A stretch of DNA of 64,000 bases. Origin: an uncultured Gammaproteobacteria bacterium. GTDB taxonomy: Bacteria > Pseudomonadota > Gammaproteobacteria > DRJJ01. The translations under genes were made by a program, and so were the position numbers. How positions within the stretch are numbered: the stretch's first letter is position 1; every line of letters begins with the position of its first letter. The stretch spans positions 141,779-205,778 of the forward strand of contig CAMYJU010000003.1 in assembly GCA_947258795.1 (NCBI GenBank), read 5' to 3'. Under the pieces are notes generated by a model, which saw nothing but the letters and a program-made list of their open reading frames with translations, made no database searches and had not been told where the DNA came from. Of this stretch, positions 29,103 to 37,467 are shown in pieces.

Positions 29103-29915
29103 ATGAAACTACGTGTCTATGCTTTTTCAGCACACATACCGCGGGTAACAGGGATATTGATCCCGCTGTTACTGATCCTTGTAACGGTCAATGCGGCTGC
29201 TGCCGAACAGGGTTACCGCCAGGTCGAGAAAAAAGTACAGCATATCAGCCAGCAGTTGCAGCAACAGGATGATAACGCGGCCCTGTATGTTGAACGGGGT
29301 GACTTGTATTTCCTGATGCGCGACTTCGAGCCCGCGATCGAGGACTATAGTAGTGCGATTGCCCTGGATCCGTCGCTGGACCAGCCCTGGTTCGGGCGTG
29401 GCATGGCCAGGGGTCGGTTGGGATATATCGATGAGGGCATTGCGGACCTGAGTGTCTATATCAAGCGCAATCCGGATAGTTCGCTGGCCTATACCAAACG
29501 CGGAGTACGCTACCTGTGGAAAGGTGACAGTGAAAATGCCAGCAGGGATTTCAATAAGGCGATTGCGCTGGATCCGAACAATGCCGAGGCCCATGACGAC
29601 CTGGGCGTTATCCTGGCGCAACAAAAAGATTACAAGGCTGCTATTACGCATTTCACCAGAACCATCAGCATTGATCCGAGTTACCAGAAGGGCCACCACA
29701 ACCTGGCGATGGCCTATTATCTGAGTGGGCAGGATCTGTTTGCGTTACAGGCAGTTGATAAATCGCTTGGATTGGCGCCCGAAGCACGCAATTCAATGTT
29801 GCTAAAATGTGAAATCCTGCGGGCGCTGGGGCGAAGTGCCGAGGCCGATGCGCTGGAACAGCAGGCGATGTTCCTGCCGGAGGGTAACTGGCATGAACAG
29901 GCGCCAGTCAAATAA
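29103..29915 (+). CDS. Secreted tetratricopeptide-repeat protein
   Basis: Signal peptide, then repeated TPR-like 34-aa units (AxxxY..AIALDP...). Confidence 0.8.
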   Translation: MKLRVYAFSAHIPRVTGILIPLLLILVTVNAAAAEQGYRQVEKKVQHISQQLQQQDDNAALYVERGDLYFLMRDFEPAIEDYSSAIALDPSLDQPWFGRGMARGRLGYIDEGIADLSVYIKRNPDSSLAYTKRGVRYLWKGDSENASRDFNKAIALDPNNAEAHDDLGVILAQQKDYKAAITHFTRTISIDPSYQKGHHNLAMAYYLSGQDLFALQAVDKSLGLAPEARNSMLLKCEILRALGRSAEADALEQQAMFLPEGNWHEQAPVK

Positions 29916-29961
29916 GTACCTGTTCAATTTTGGCCTTTAATTTGAAGAACATGAAGATATT

Positions 29962-30498
29962 ATGAGGTGCAGGATGATGAAGTCTGCCGGAAAACTGATC
30001 GCATACTACTGCGCATTGCCCCTGTTATTCGTGGCCATGACAGCGATGTCGGTCTATGCGGAAAGCCCGGATGTCAGCCTGTCCGACATGGATGGCAAGC
30101 AGCATCATCTGAGTGAATATATCGGTAAGGGCAAATGGGTGTTTTTCAATATCTGGAGTCCGCGCTGCCCGCCCTGTGTCGAGGAAATGCCGGACCTGCA
30201 GGATGTGCATGACGCGCATAAGGACAAAGACGCGATTGTGGTTGGTATGGCACTGGATTTTCCGAGCTTTGGTCCCGCCAAGGTCGACGAGGTGCGTGAA
30301 TTCGTCGACGATTATTTCATTACCTTCCCGATTCTGCTGGGCGATGGCCGCACGATAGAGCGCCTCGGCGGTGGCTGGCTGCAGGGCACTCCGACGACCC
30401 TGGTGTTCGATCCTTCCGGCAAACTGACGGTCAGGCATGTGGGTATGCTGAACCGCAAGGTGATCGAGGATTTTCTGGTTGACCAGACAACCAAATAA
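29962..30498 (+). CDS. TlpA/ResA-like thiol:disulfide oxidoreductase (thioredoxin fold)
   Basis: Signal/anchor, then WSPRCPPC (CxxC) redoxin motif. Confidence 0.8.
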   Translation: MRCRMMKSAGKLIAYYCALPLLFVAMTAMSVYAESPDVSLSDMDGKQHHLSEYIGKGKWVFFNIWSPRCPPCVEEMPDLQDVHDAHKDKDAIVVGMALDFPSFGPAKVDEVREFVDDYFITFPILLGDGRTIERLGGGWLQGTPTTLVFDPSGKLTVRHVGMLNRKVIEDFLVDQTTK

Positions 30499-30937
30499 AC
30501 CGGGCTGAAGCCCATCCCTTTATGGGCGCGAACGCAATCAGAAAATCGAGGTGCTGGACGGTACGTGCGGGATTACCTCCGGGCGCCTGCACTGCAAGAT
30601 ACGCCCGGGGCATTGGCGGTTATTGCTCGAGAATGAGGACCAGTTCAGCTCCAGGTTGTTCGAGGTTGGTGTGATCCCGGACAAGATCCAGTCTTCGGTG
30701 TTAGCCGATATGTTTCATGACAAATTGGCCGAGCGTTTCAGTCTGCAAGCCGAAAAATGGATGAATTTTCGGACTGGCTGGCAGGGAATAACGCCAGTCA
30801 CGACCATGCAGAAAAGGCCTAGAAATGAGGTTCCATAAACTGAGTATTTGAACACGGGTAACTGAAATAGGAAACGATGCATTATACAGCCACAATGCTC
30901 CCTAGAGCTTTGGCATGTCCATAGGAACTCTGAGTCT

Positions 30938-31537
30938 ATGCGAAAACTGATGTCTACAATATTCCTGATGCTTGTCTCATTTGTATGCTATGGAGAAGAA
31001 TCAGAGGAAGACTTTCTGCGGGCACTGGTCGAGGCCGCGAAGGAGCGGACTGGTTATGATCTAAGATATGATGGCTCCTATCGCACAATACCGTATCCAA
31101 ACGGCGATGTGCCCAGTAGTCTCGGTGTATGTACGGATGTGATAGTTCGCTCTTATCGAAAGCTGGGTATTGACCTTCAACAAAAGGTTCACGAGGACAT
31201 CAAGGCCAATTTTTCAGTTTACCCGTCGAAAAGAATATGGGGTCTGGACAAGCCGGACAGTAATATCGATCATCGTCGGGTGCCGAATTTACAGGTTTTT
31301 TTCAAGCGTCATGGAGAGAAGCTGGCGGTCAGCAACAACGCCGAGGACTATCAGCCCGGGGACCTGGTCACCTGGATGTTGCCGGGGAACCTGCCCCACA
31401 TAGGTATAGTGGTGGACCTGAAGTCGGGCAATGGATATCGGCCTTTGATCGTGCACAATATTGGTAACGGCCCGAAAGTCGATGATATTCTGTTTCAATA
31501 TAGGATCACGGGTCACTACAGGTACCTGGGTCTGTAG
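30938..31537 (+). CDS. DUF1287-like secreted protein
   Basis: Signal peptide, then GVCTDVIVRSYRKLGIDLQ region reminiscent of DUF1287. Assigned from memory of the family pattern. Confidence 0.55.
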   Translation: MRKLMSTIFLMLVSFVCYGEESEEDFLRALVEAAKERTGYDLRYDGSYRTIPYPNGDVPSSLGVCTDVIVRSYRKLGIDLQQKVHEDIKANFSVYPSKRIWGLDKPDSNIDHRRVPNLQVFFKRHGEKLAVSNNAEDYQPGDLVTWMLPGNLPHIGIVVDLKSGNGYRPLIVHNIGNGPKVDDILFQYRITGHYRYLGL

Positions 31538-31539
31538 AG

Positions 31540-31554
31540 TATTCAGGGAAAACC
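31540..31554. repeat. Motif copy TATTCAGGGAAAACC (related to 36721-36735 CTTATTCAGGGAACC)
   Basis: Direct comparison; lies 3 nt after the DUF1287 stop. Confidence 0.3.
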
Positions 31555-31880
31555 AAAATGTAATAAATGAAGTAAATGCAATAATAAATAATATCCGGTG
31601 GAAACAGTAGTACAAGAGAAAGACCTTGAGTATATTCCAAAACGGTCGAAGGGATACGGCATTCAACTATATAACCAACACCTGTTAGTAGCCTTTGGAT
31701 CACCCCTGGTGTTATTGCCTGTCATTGAAAACCAGGCGGTTTACCTTGAGCAGGCTCTTATATATTGCTGCTGATTGTGACTGCTGGCAAGTTATCGAAC
31801 TTCAGCTTTATAATCAGGTCTGACTTTCATATATGATGGCAGTGGCGTGCTATCACCGGATTTGTACGGAGAGACCCACA

Positions 31881-32480
31881 ATGCTGAAATCTATAAGCAA
31901 GACCTTTCTGACCGGCATGATTACGATCCTGCCCATCGTACTAACGCTGTATCTGCTGTACTGGCTGGTGGTTTCGGCGGAGACGGCGCTGGGTGGCCTG
32001 ATCAGGCTGGTATTGCCGGAAGAGATGTACTGGCCCGGTATGGGGTCGATTGCCGGCCTGGTGGTGGTGTTCCTGATCGGGTTGCTAATGCACGCTTATA
32101 TGGTGCGTCGGATGTTTGCCTGGGGTGAACAGATTCTGTTTCATTTGCCGCTGATTAAATCGGTATACGGCGCGATACGTGATTTCTTTGTCTATTTCTC
32201 TCCGGACAAGAAAAACGAGTTCGAGCAGGTGGTGTCGGTATCGATCGGGGACACCGGCATGCAGGTGATCGGTTTTGTGACCCAGGCCCTGCCGGAGGAT
32301 CTTCCGGAGGGCTTTCGCGAGGAGGGTAGTATCCTGGTTTACCTGCCGTTGAGCTACATGATAGGCGGCTATGCAGTACTGATGCCGCGCAGCGCTGTGC
32401 GTCCGCTGGATATGAGTATGGAAGAAGCGATGCGCTTTACCCTGACCGCCGGCGTAACCGGCTCGCCTGCCTCCAGGTGA
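31881..32480 (+). CDS. DUF502-family membrane protein
   Basis: MLKSISKTFLTGMITILPIVLTLYLLYWLV... typical DUF502 N-terminus. The stop codon lies inside an AGGTGA that serves as RBS for the next gene. Confidence 0.75.
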   Translation: MLKSISKTFLTGMITILPIVLTLYLLYWLVVSAETALGGLIRLVLPEEMYWPGMGSIAGLVVVFLIGLLMHAYMVRRMFAWGEQILFHLPLIKSVYGAIRDFFVYFSPDKKNEFEQVVSVSIGDTGMQVIGFVTQALPEDLPEGFREEGSILVYLPLSYMIGGYAVLMPRSAVRPLDMSMEEAMRFTLTAGVTGSPASR

Positions 32481-32485
32481 ATAAT

Positions 32486-32911
32486 ATGAAAACGAGAATG
32501 ACAACTGTCTTGTTATTGATGTTGTGCTGGGCCTGGATGCCCTCTGTCGTAGTGGCGCAGGAGCCGGTCCCGTTTGTAATGCAATTGACGCGTTCCGGTG
32601 AAAACTACGGCCACCGTCGAGCCTTTTTGCAAATCGACAAGGTGCTGGATGATATCGGCGAAAACAAGTTGAAGATAGTCGTGGTCGCCTATGAAGACGG
32701 CATCCATGCCCTGCTGGACAGTAACAAGGAAACCTCGCAACTACTAACCAAGCTGGCTAACCGGGGGGTTAAATTCAAGGCCTGCCGGATCAGCATGCGC
32801 GCGTGGGACCTGAAAGAAGAGCAGTTTCCGCTCGAGGTTGAGTTCGTACCGGCCGGTGCGCCCGAGGTAATCCGTCTGCAGATGCAGGGTTATCGATACT
32901 GGCGACCTTGA
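32486..32911 (+). CDS. Secreted DsrE/DsrF-like family protein
   Basis: Signal peptide, then DsrE-like fold pattern (KIVVVAYEDGIHALL...GVKFKACRISM). ATG at 32486 with AGGTGA RBS; the track start is GTG 32477. Confidence 0.6.
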   Translation: MKTRMTTVLLLMLCWAWMPSVVVAQEPVPFVMQLTRSGENYGHRRAFLQIDKVLDDIGENKLKIVVVAYEDGIHALLDSNKETSQLLTKLANRGVKFKACRISMRAWDLKEEQFPLEVEFVPAGAPEVIRLQMQGYRYWRP

Positions 32912-32954
32912 TCAGACGAGGAATCTCAAGGGCGATCGGATATAATGCCCGCCT

Positions 32955-33902
32955 ATGGAAAATCCCGCGTTAAAATTGAGCAATCTGAGTAAAACCTATA
33001 GCAACCAGGTCGAGGCCCTGAAAGCTATTGACCTGGAGGTTGCTGAGGGTGACTTCTTTGCGCTGCTCGGACCCAACGGTGCCGGCAAATCCACCGCGAT
33101 CGGGATTATTGCGTCACTGGTCAACCGTAGTGGTGGCGAAGTGCAGATTTTCGGGCATGACCTGGACCGGGAGCGCAAGGCGGCCAAGCGCTGCCTGGGC
33201 CTGGTGCCGCAGGAATTCAATTTTAATGTATTCGAACCGGTGCAGGAAATCCTGATCAACCAGGCTGGCTACTATGGTATCGAGCGCAGACTGGCTACTC
33301 AGCGGGCTGAATACTATCTAAAAAAACTGGAACTGTGGGACAAGCGTTTAAGCTCGGCCCGTGATCTGTCCGGTGGTATGAAACGTCGCCTGATGATCGC
33401 CCGTGCGCTGGTGCACGAACCACGCATGCTGATCCTGGACGAGCCGACTGCCGGTGTCGATATCGAGATCCGACACTCGATGTGGGAGTTCATGCGTGAG
33501 ATCAATCAGAATGGTACGACGATTATACTGACCACGCATTACCTGGAAGAGGCCGAAAGCCTGTGCCGGAATATTGCGATCATTGACCAGGGTCGACTGG
33601 TCGAAAATACCAGCATGAAAAATCTGTTGACCGCATTACAGTTCGAGACTTTCATCCTGGATTTGCAAAAACCGCTAGAGCAGTTGCCGCCGTTGAATGT
33701 GCAGGCTTCCCGCCTGGTTGATGCGTATACCATGGAGGTCGAGGTAGTGCGCGAGCATGGACTGAATGACCTGTTCTGTGATCTGAGCGAGTACAGCATC
33801 GAGGTGGCCAGTCTGCGTAACAAGGCCAACCGGCTGGAACAGATGTTCCTACATCGGGTCAGGGACAATGGCCGGTCCGAGGATAATCAGCGCAATGCAT
33901 GA
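32955..33902 (+). CDS. ABC transporter ATP-binding protein (ABC-2 exporter type)
   Basis: Walker A GPNGAGKST, signature LSGGMKRRL, Walker B ILDEPTAGVD. Confidence 0.9.
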   Translation: MENPALKLSNLSKTYSNQVEALKAIDLEVAEGDFFALLGPNGAGKSTAIGIIASLVNRSGGEVQIFGHDLDRERKAAKRCLGLVPQEFNFNVFEPVQEILINQAGYYGIERRLATQRAEYYLKKLELWDKRLSSARDLSGGMKRRLMIARALVHEPRMLILDEPTAGVDIEIRHSMWEFMREINQNGTTIILTTHYLEEAESLCRNIAIIDQGRLVENTSMKNLLTALQFETFILDLQKPLEQLPPLNVQASRLVDAYTMEVEVVREHGLNDLFCDLSEYSIEVASLRNKANRLEQMFLHRVRDNGRSEDNQRNA

Positions 33903-34662
33903 TTACTTTGTCGCATTCAAGACCATTGTGATTCGCGAGGTGTTACGCTTCGGTCGCATCTGGATACAGACTGTACTGCCGGCGATGATCACCACCGCAC
34001 TGTACTTTGTGATATTCGGCAACCTGATCGGTTCGATGATCGGTGAGGTTGGCGGGGTATCGTTTATCGCCTATATCGTACCGGGTCTGATCCTGATGGC
34101 GGTGATCACCAACTCCTACGCGAATGTGGTGTCGTCGTTCTACAGCTCCAAGTTTCAGGGCAATATCGAGGAGATGCTGGTCGCACCAATCCCCAACTGG
34201 ATCATACTGTCCGGTTATCTGGTCGGTGGCATGTTAAGGGGCCTGGTGGTCGGTGTTGCGGTTACCCTGGTGTCACTGCTCTTCGTTGATCTGCAGATTC
34301 ATAACATTGCCGTGGTAATCACGACCGTGATCCTGACTGCCGTATTGTTTGCGTTAGCCGGATTTATCAATGCGGTTTATGCGAAAAGCTTTGACGACAT
34401 TTCTATCATCCCGACGTTTGTGCTGACGCCGTTAACCTACCTTGGCGGTATTTTCTACTCTATCGATATGCTTCCCGATTTCTGGCGCCAGGTGTCCCTG
34501 TATAACCCGGTGCTGTACATGATTAACGCGTTTCGCTACGGATTTCTCGGTGTCAGTGATATCCCCCTGCCAACCGCGTACACGATTATCCTGACGTTTA
34601 TCCTATGCCTGTTTGCCTTTGCGTTGATGCTGCTCAATCGGGGTACCGGTATACGCAACTGA
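33868..34662 (+). CDS. ABC-2 family transporter permease
   Basis: Six TM helices, overlapping the ATPase gene. An alternative start ATG at 33895 (MHDYF) gives an 8-nt overlap. Confidence 0.8.
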   Translation: MAGPRIISAMHDYFVAFKTIVIREVLRFGRIWIQTVLPAMITTALYFVIFGNLIGSMIGEVGGVSFIAYIVPGLILMAVITNSYANVVSSFYSSKFQGNIEEMLVAPIPNWIILSGYLVGGMLRGLVVGVAVTLVSLLFVDLQIHNIAVVITTVILTAVLFALAGFINAVYAKSFDDISIIPTFVLTPLTYLGGIFYSIDMLPDFWRQVSLYNPVLYMINAFRYGFLGVSDIPLPTAYTIILTFILCLFAFALMLLNRGTGIRN

Positions 34663-34665
34663 CCG

Positions 34666-35220
34666 CTATCGCTGTGGTGGTGGCAGTGGTGCCGGGTACC
34701 GGTATGGCGGTGGCGGCATATAGTAGGGCGGATACAGCGGCCGTGCATAAGGTTGATAGGGCGCCGGTGGATACGGGTAGGCAGGCCGGTATTGAGTGCT
34801 GGTACTGCCCTGGCCTTGTCCGGTCGCTGGCTGTTCGACTGGCTGTTGTTCTGCACTGCCCATGGCGGCAGTAGTAGTGGCCGTCGCGGGTGTGTCTGCT
34901 GGTTTTGGCTCGATGCTGGCACTGGCGGGGCTGCTTGCTGGTTCAGATGGTCGTGCTGGTGCTAGTGTTTCCAGGCTGATGTTTGTTTCGCTTCTCTCCT
35001 TGCGATCACTGGACTTTGCTATTAACCAGTAGATGAAAATGGCGCTAAGCAACGCGGAGATCAGCATCAACGGAACCAGTCCTGCAAAAAAGCCTCTATT
35101 GTCTGCCGGGGGCTGTGCGTGCCTGGTTGCAGGCGATGCCTTTGTGTCAGCACCTGGCTGCATCACCCCCATTTCCTGCAAGCGCTGGCGAATATGCGCC
35201 TGTTTGTCATTGTCCGTCAT
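34666..35220 (-). CDS. Single-pass membrane protein with Pro/Tyr-rich low-complexity C-terminus
   Basis: Cytoplasmic N-terminus, one convincing TM helix (FFAGLVPLMLISALLSAIFIYWLIA), then PYPPAPYQPYARPLYPPYYMPPPPYRYPAPLPPP tail. A-ending codons (cca/gca) are atypical for this genome; overlapping plus-strand ORFs are judged to be shadows. Confidence 0.45.
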   Translation of the reverse strand: MTDNDKQAHIRQRLQEMGVMQPGADTKASPATRHAQPPADNRGFFAGLVPLMLISALLSAIFIYWLIAKSSDRKERSETNISLETLAPARPSEPASSPASASIEPKPADTPATATTTAAMGSAEQQPVEQPATGQGQGSTSTQYRPAYPYPPAPYQPYARPLYPPYYMPPPPYRYPAPLPPPQR

Positions 35221-35328
35221 TACACTGGCCCTTTATCCGGATCAATTTCGTTTCTAATTATATAATACCGGTGATTATATCGGATTAAAGGGCCAAATAT
35301 ATTGATATTTGTTGCACAGAACTGCAGA

Positions 35329-35589
35329 TCAGCCAGGTATGTAGTCAACTGGATTGGTCGAACGTTTGCGAATCACAAACGTAAAAGCCTGTTCGTCATC
35401 CAGGAAACGCAGGATCTCGTTGCCATCACGCAGGGTATGGTTCCTGATGTCCGGTATCGCGCTGGGCTGATTAGCGCTGATCATCAATAACTGACCGTTA
35501 TCGAGTTTATCCAGGGCCCGGTCAACCGTGCACACGACCCGGCAGTGAGAAAGGTCATGCAGGCTGAGTTGCTGGGTAATCAACGACAT
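35329..35589 (-). CDS. TusA-like small protein with non-canonical Cys context (HCRVVC instead of CPxP)
   Basis: 86 aa; aligns by eye to E. coli TusA (L.L...C......+......G..L.I.A..P....DI...........F++IRKR). Confidence 0.55.
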   Translation of the reverse strand: MSLITQQLSLHDLSHCRVVCTVDRALDKLDNGQLLMISANQPSAIPDIRNHTLRDGNEILRFLDDEQAFTFVIRKRSTNPVDYIPG

Positions 35590-35608
35590 GATGGATTCCT
35601 CCCCGGGG

Positions 35609-35866
35609 TTAGGCCTGGGCTGGCCGTTCTGACGGGCAATTCCTGCGGATCAGAAAGCTGTATTCGTCTTCGCACAGCACGGACTCGATCAGCTGGAAAT
35701 CGGTACGGGCACAAAAGATCTGCAGATCAAAATCAGTCTTGGGCTCGCTGGTTGATAACATCAACACTTCACCGCATTGCATTTTGCGCATGGAATGGAA
35801 CGCGCGCAGGAATGGCTGGTGTTGCTGCAGGCCCTGCGTGTCTATCAACTGTGTTATCGGTACCAT
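35609..35866 (-). CDS. TusA-like small protein lacking the active-site cysteine (GLQQHQP in place of GLRCPEP)
   Basis: 85 aa; strong TusA-like pattern (GLxxxxP...MRKMQCGEVLML.TSEP.TDFDLQIFCARTDFQL...YSFLIRRN) with Cys replaced by Gln. Confidence 0.55.
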   Translation of the reverse strand: MVPITQLIDTQGLQQHQPFLRAFHSMRKMQCGEVLMLSTSEPKTDFDLQIFCARTDFQLIESVLCEDEYSFLIRRNCPSERPAQA

Positions 35867-36078
35867 AGCCGCTCTCCACTGGTTGAAAGATAGTCATCGT
35901 TTGCTGCTCTGGCCAGTGAGACTTCGACATGGGCCAGCCATAGATGTCATCTGTTTTATTTTGTTAATACTAGTAAGAATACTAACTAAATACTTGCATA
36001 GAGCCATCGTATTAATCGCTTCGACAAACTGCCCGACGAAATGTTCCGGTCCCGTGTCTGTTTACCGTAAGCCGGTAA

Positions 36079-36648
36079 CTAGTTTGTCCTGGAAAAACTG
36101 TTGACCCATTTACGCAAGCGGCTGATTTGCCGGTTGACGGTATCGGGTTGTTCCAGTGAATTGGCGAACAGTAGTGAGCCCTGCATGGTCGATAGCAGAT
36201 AGACGGCATCGTCCTGGGCCTGCTGGCTGCCCAACGCCTCAAACTGCTTGCTGACCCATTCGACTTGCATCTTCAGCATGCGCGCCGTTTCACGTGTCAA
36301 CTCACTGTTCTCCTTGTTTAATTCCTGAGCCAGGCTGCCGACTGGACAGCCATAGTCGGTCACCGCCGCGCGCATTTGTAATGGCAAATCGAGCAGCGCG
36401 TGCAGGCGATCTGCCGCTGTCGGGAGTGCATCCCATTGCCGGTACATTTCACCGAGTTCCTCGGTTCGCTCATGGATCACGGCAGAGCCGATATCATCCT
36501 TGGTTTTAAAATAGTAGTAGACATTGCCCAGTGGTACGCCCGAGCTGTCAGCAATATCGGCCAGCGTGGTTTTGTTATAGCCCTGTCGATGTATCAGGTC
36601 CTTGGCGGCCATGATCAGGCGTTCACGTTTGTTCGAGCTGGTGGACAT
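36079..36648 (-). CDS. TetR/AcrR-family transcriptional regulator
   Basis: N-terminal HTH (KTTLADIADSSGVPLGNVYYYFKTKDDI) typical of TetR. Confidence 0.9.
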   Translation of the reverse strand: MSTSSNKRERLIMAAKDLIHRQGYNKTTLADIADSSGVPLGNVYYYFKTKDDIGSAVIHERTEELGEMYRQWDALPTAADRLHALLDLPLQMRAAVTDYGCPVGSLAQELNKENSELTRETARMLKMQVEWVSKQFEALGSQQAQDDAVYLLSTMQGSLLFANSLEQPDTVNRQISRLRKWVNSFSRTN

Positions 36649-36727
36649 GGGCTGTATCTAAGTTGGAAAACTAATTGGATTATAGCCCGCATTTTGTACT
36701 TTGCAAAGCCCGATACCGGACTTATTC

Positions 36728-36784
36728 AGGGAACCTCGGATTAAGTCATGCGCAACCGCGATAGACTTAAATCAGGGGTTCCCT
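36728..36784. repeat. Imperfect 57-nt hairpin AGGGAACCTCGGATTAAGTC-(16 nt)-GACTTAAATCAGGGGTTCCCT overlapping the stop codon of the RRM-protein gene
   Basis: Arms at 36728-36747 and 36764-36784 read directly. Both arms belong to the recurrent motif family. Confidence 0.55.
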
Positions 36785-37298
36785 AGTTGCTGCGCTTACC
36801 CTGGGGTGGACGCCGGTGGCCACCGTGGCGACGGCTGCGTGCGCGATTGACGTTGATGGTCTGCCCGAGCAGTACCGTATTGTTCAGGGCGGCTATCGCT
36901 GCCTCGCCGGACGCCTGGTCTGCCATTTCGATAAAGCCAAAGCCGCGCGGGTTGCCGGTCTCTCTATCCCTGATGATGTTGACTGATTTGACCACACCAA
37001 ACGGGCTGAAGGTCTGCTCCAGATCCGCATCCGTGGTATTGCCGGCCAGGTTACCGATATACAGCCGGGTACCGGTTGGGCGACCGTTACGATTGCGATG
37101 CTGGCTTTGACGATGCTGGCCCTTGCCGAGCAGTACGCCGGTGAACAGGCCCAGTATCAGTACAAACAGTAACATCACGGCAAGGTTGATGTTGATCTGA
37201 TAGGACATAAAGCTGGCGTTAACCGTAGTCCTGTTTTCAAGGATGATTAATGCGCTGAACGCGAGCAGGATAAGAATAATGAGCCACTTGTATTTCAT
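36783..37298 (-). CDS. Membrane-anchored RNA-recognition-motif (RRM) protein
   Basis: Two N-terminal TM helices, then a canonical RRM with RNP2 (LYIGNL) and RNP1 (RGFGFIEM), then an Arg/Gly-rich tail. Start taken at ATG 37298 (MKYKWLI). Confidence 0.75.
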   Translation of the reverse strand: MKYKWLIILILLAFSALIILENRTTVNASFMSYQININLAVMLLFVLILGLFTGVLLGKGQHRQSQHRNRNGRPTGTRLYIGNLAGNTTDADLEQTFSPFGVVKSVNIIRDRETGNPRGFGFIEMADQASGEAAIAALNNTVLLGQTINVNRARSRRHGGHRRPPQGKRSN

Positions 37299-37467
37299 GA
37301 GTCTTGTAAAACCACTTAAGTTATAGATAAAGCGACAAGTCATCTGATAGGGGTCGCAATAATATGGCAGGCTCCTGGTGTAGTCAGGGATCAGGCCAAG
37401 GCCGGTATGCTAACAGATTGGCCCAAAGGTATGCGAATCGTAAGGGCTTGCCTGCCGGGGCAACCCG

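Noticed and set aside
30551-30838. 95-aa plus-strand ORF in the 440-nt spacer
   Set aside because: GTG start immediately abutting GAGG (no spacer), no recognisable domain, and overlapping minus-strand ORFs of equal quality. The region is treated as non-coding or unknown.
34605-35257. Plus-strand ORFs 34605-34874, 34753-34965, 34796-35032, 35033-35257
   Set aside because: These are three mutually overlapping frames antisense to the Pro/Tyr-rich membrane-protein gene. They are generated by its low-complexity GC-rich sequence and show no TM or domain features.
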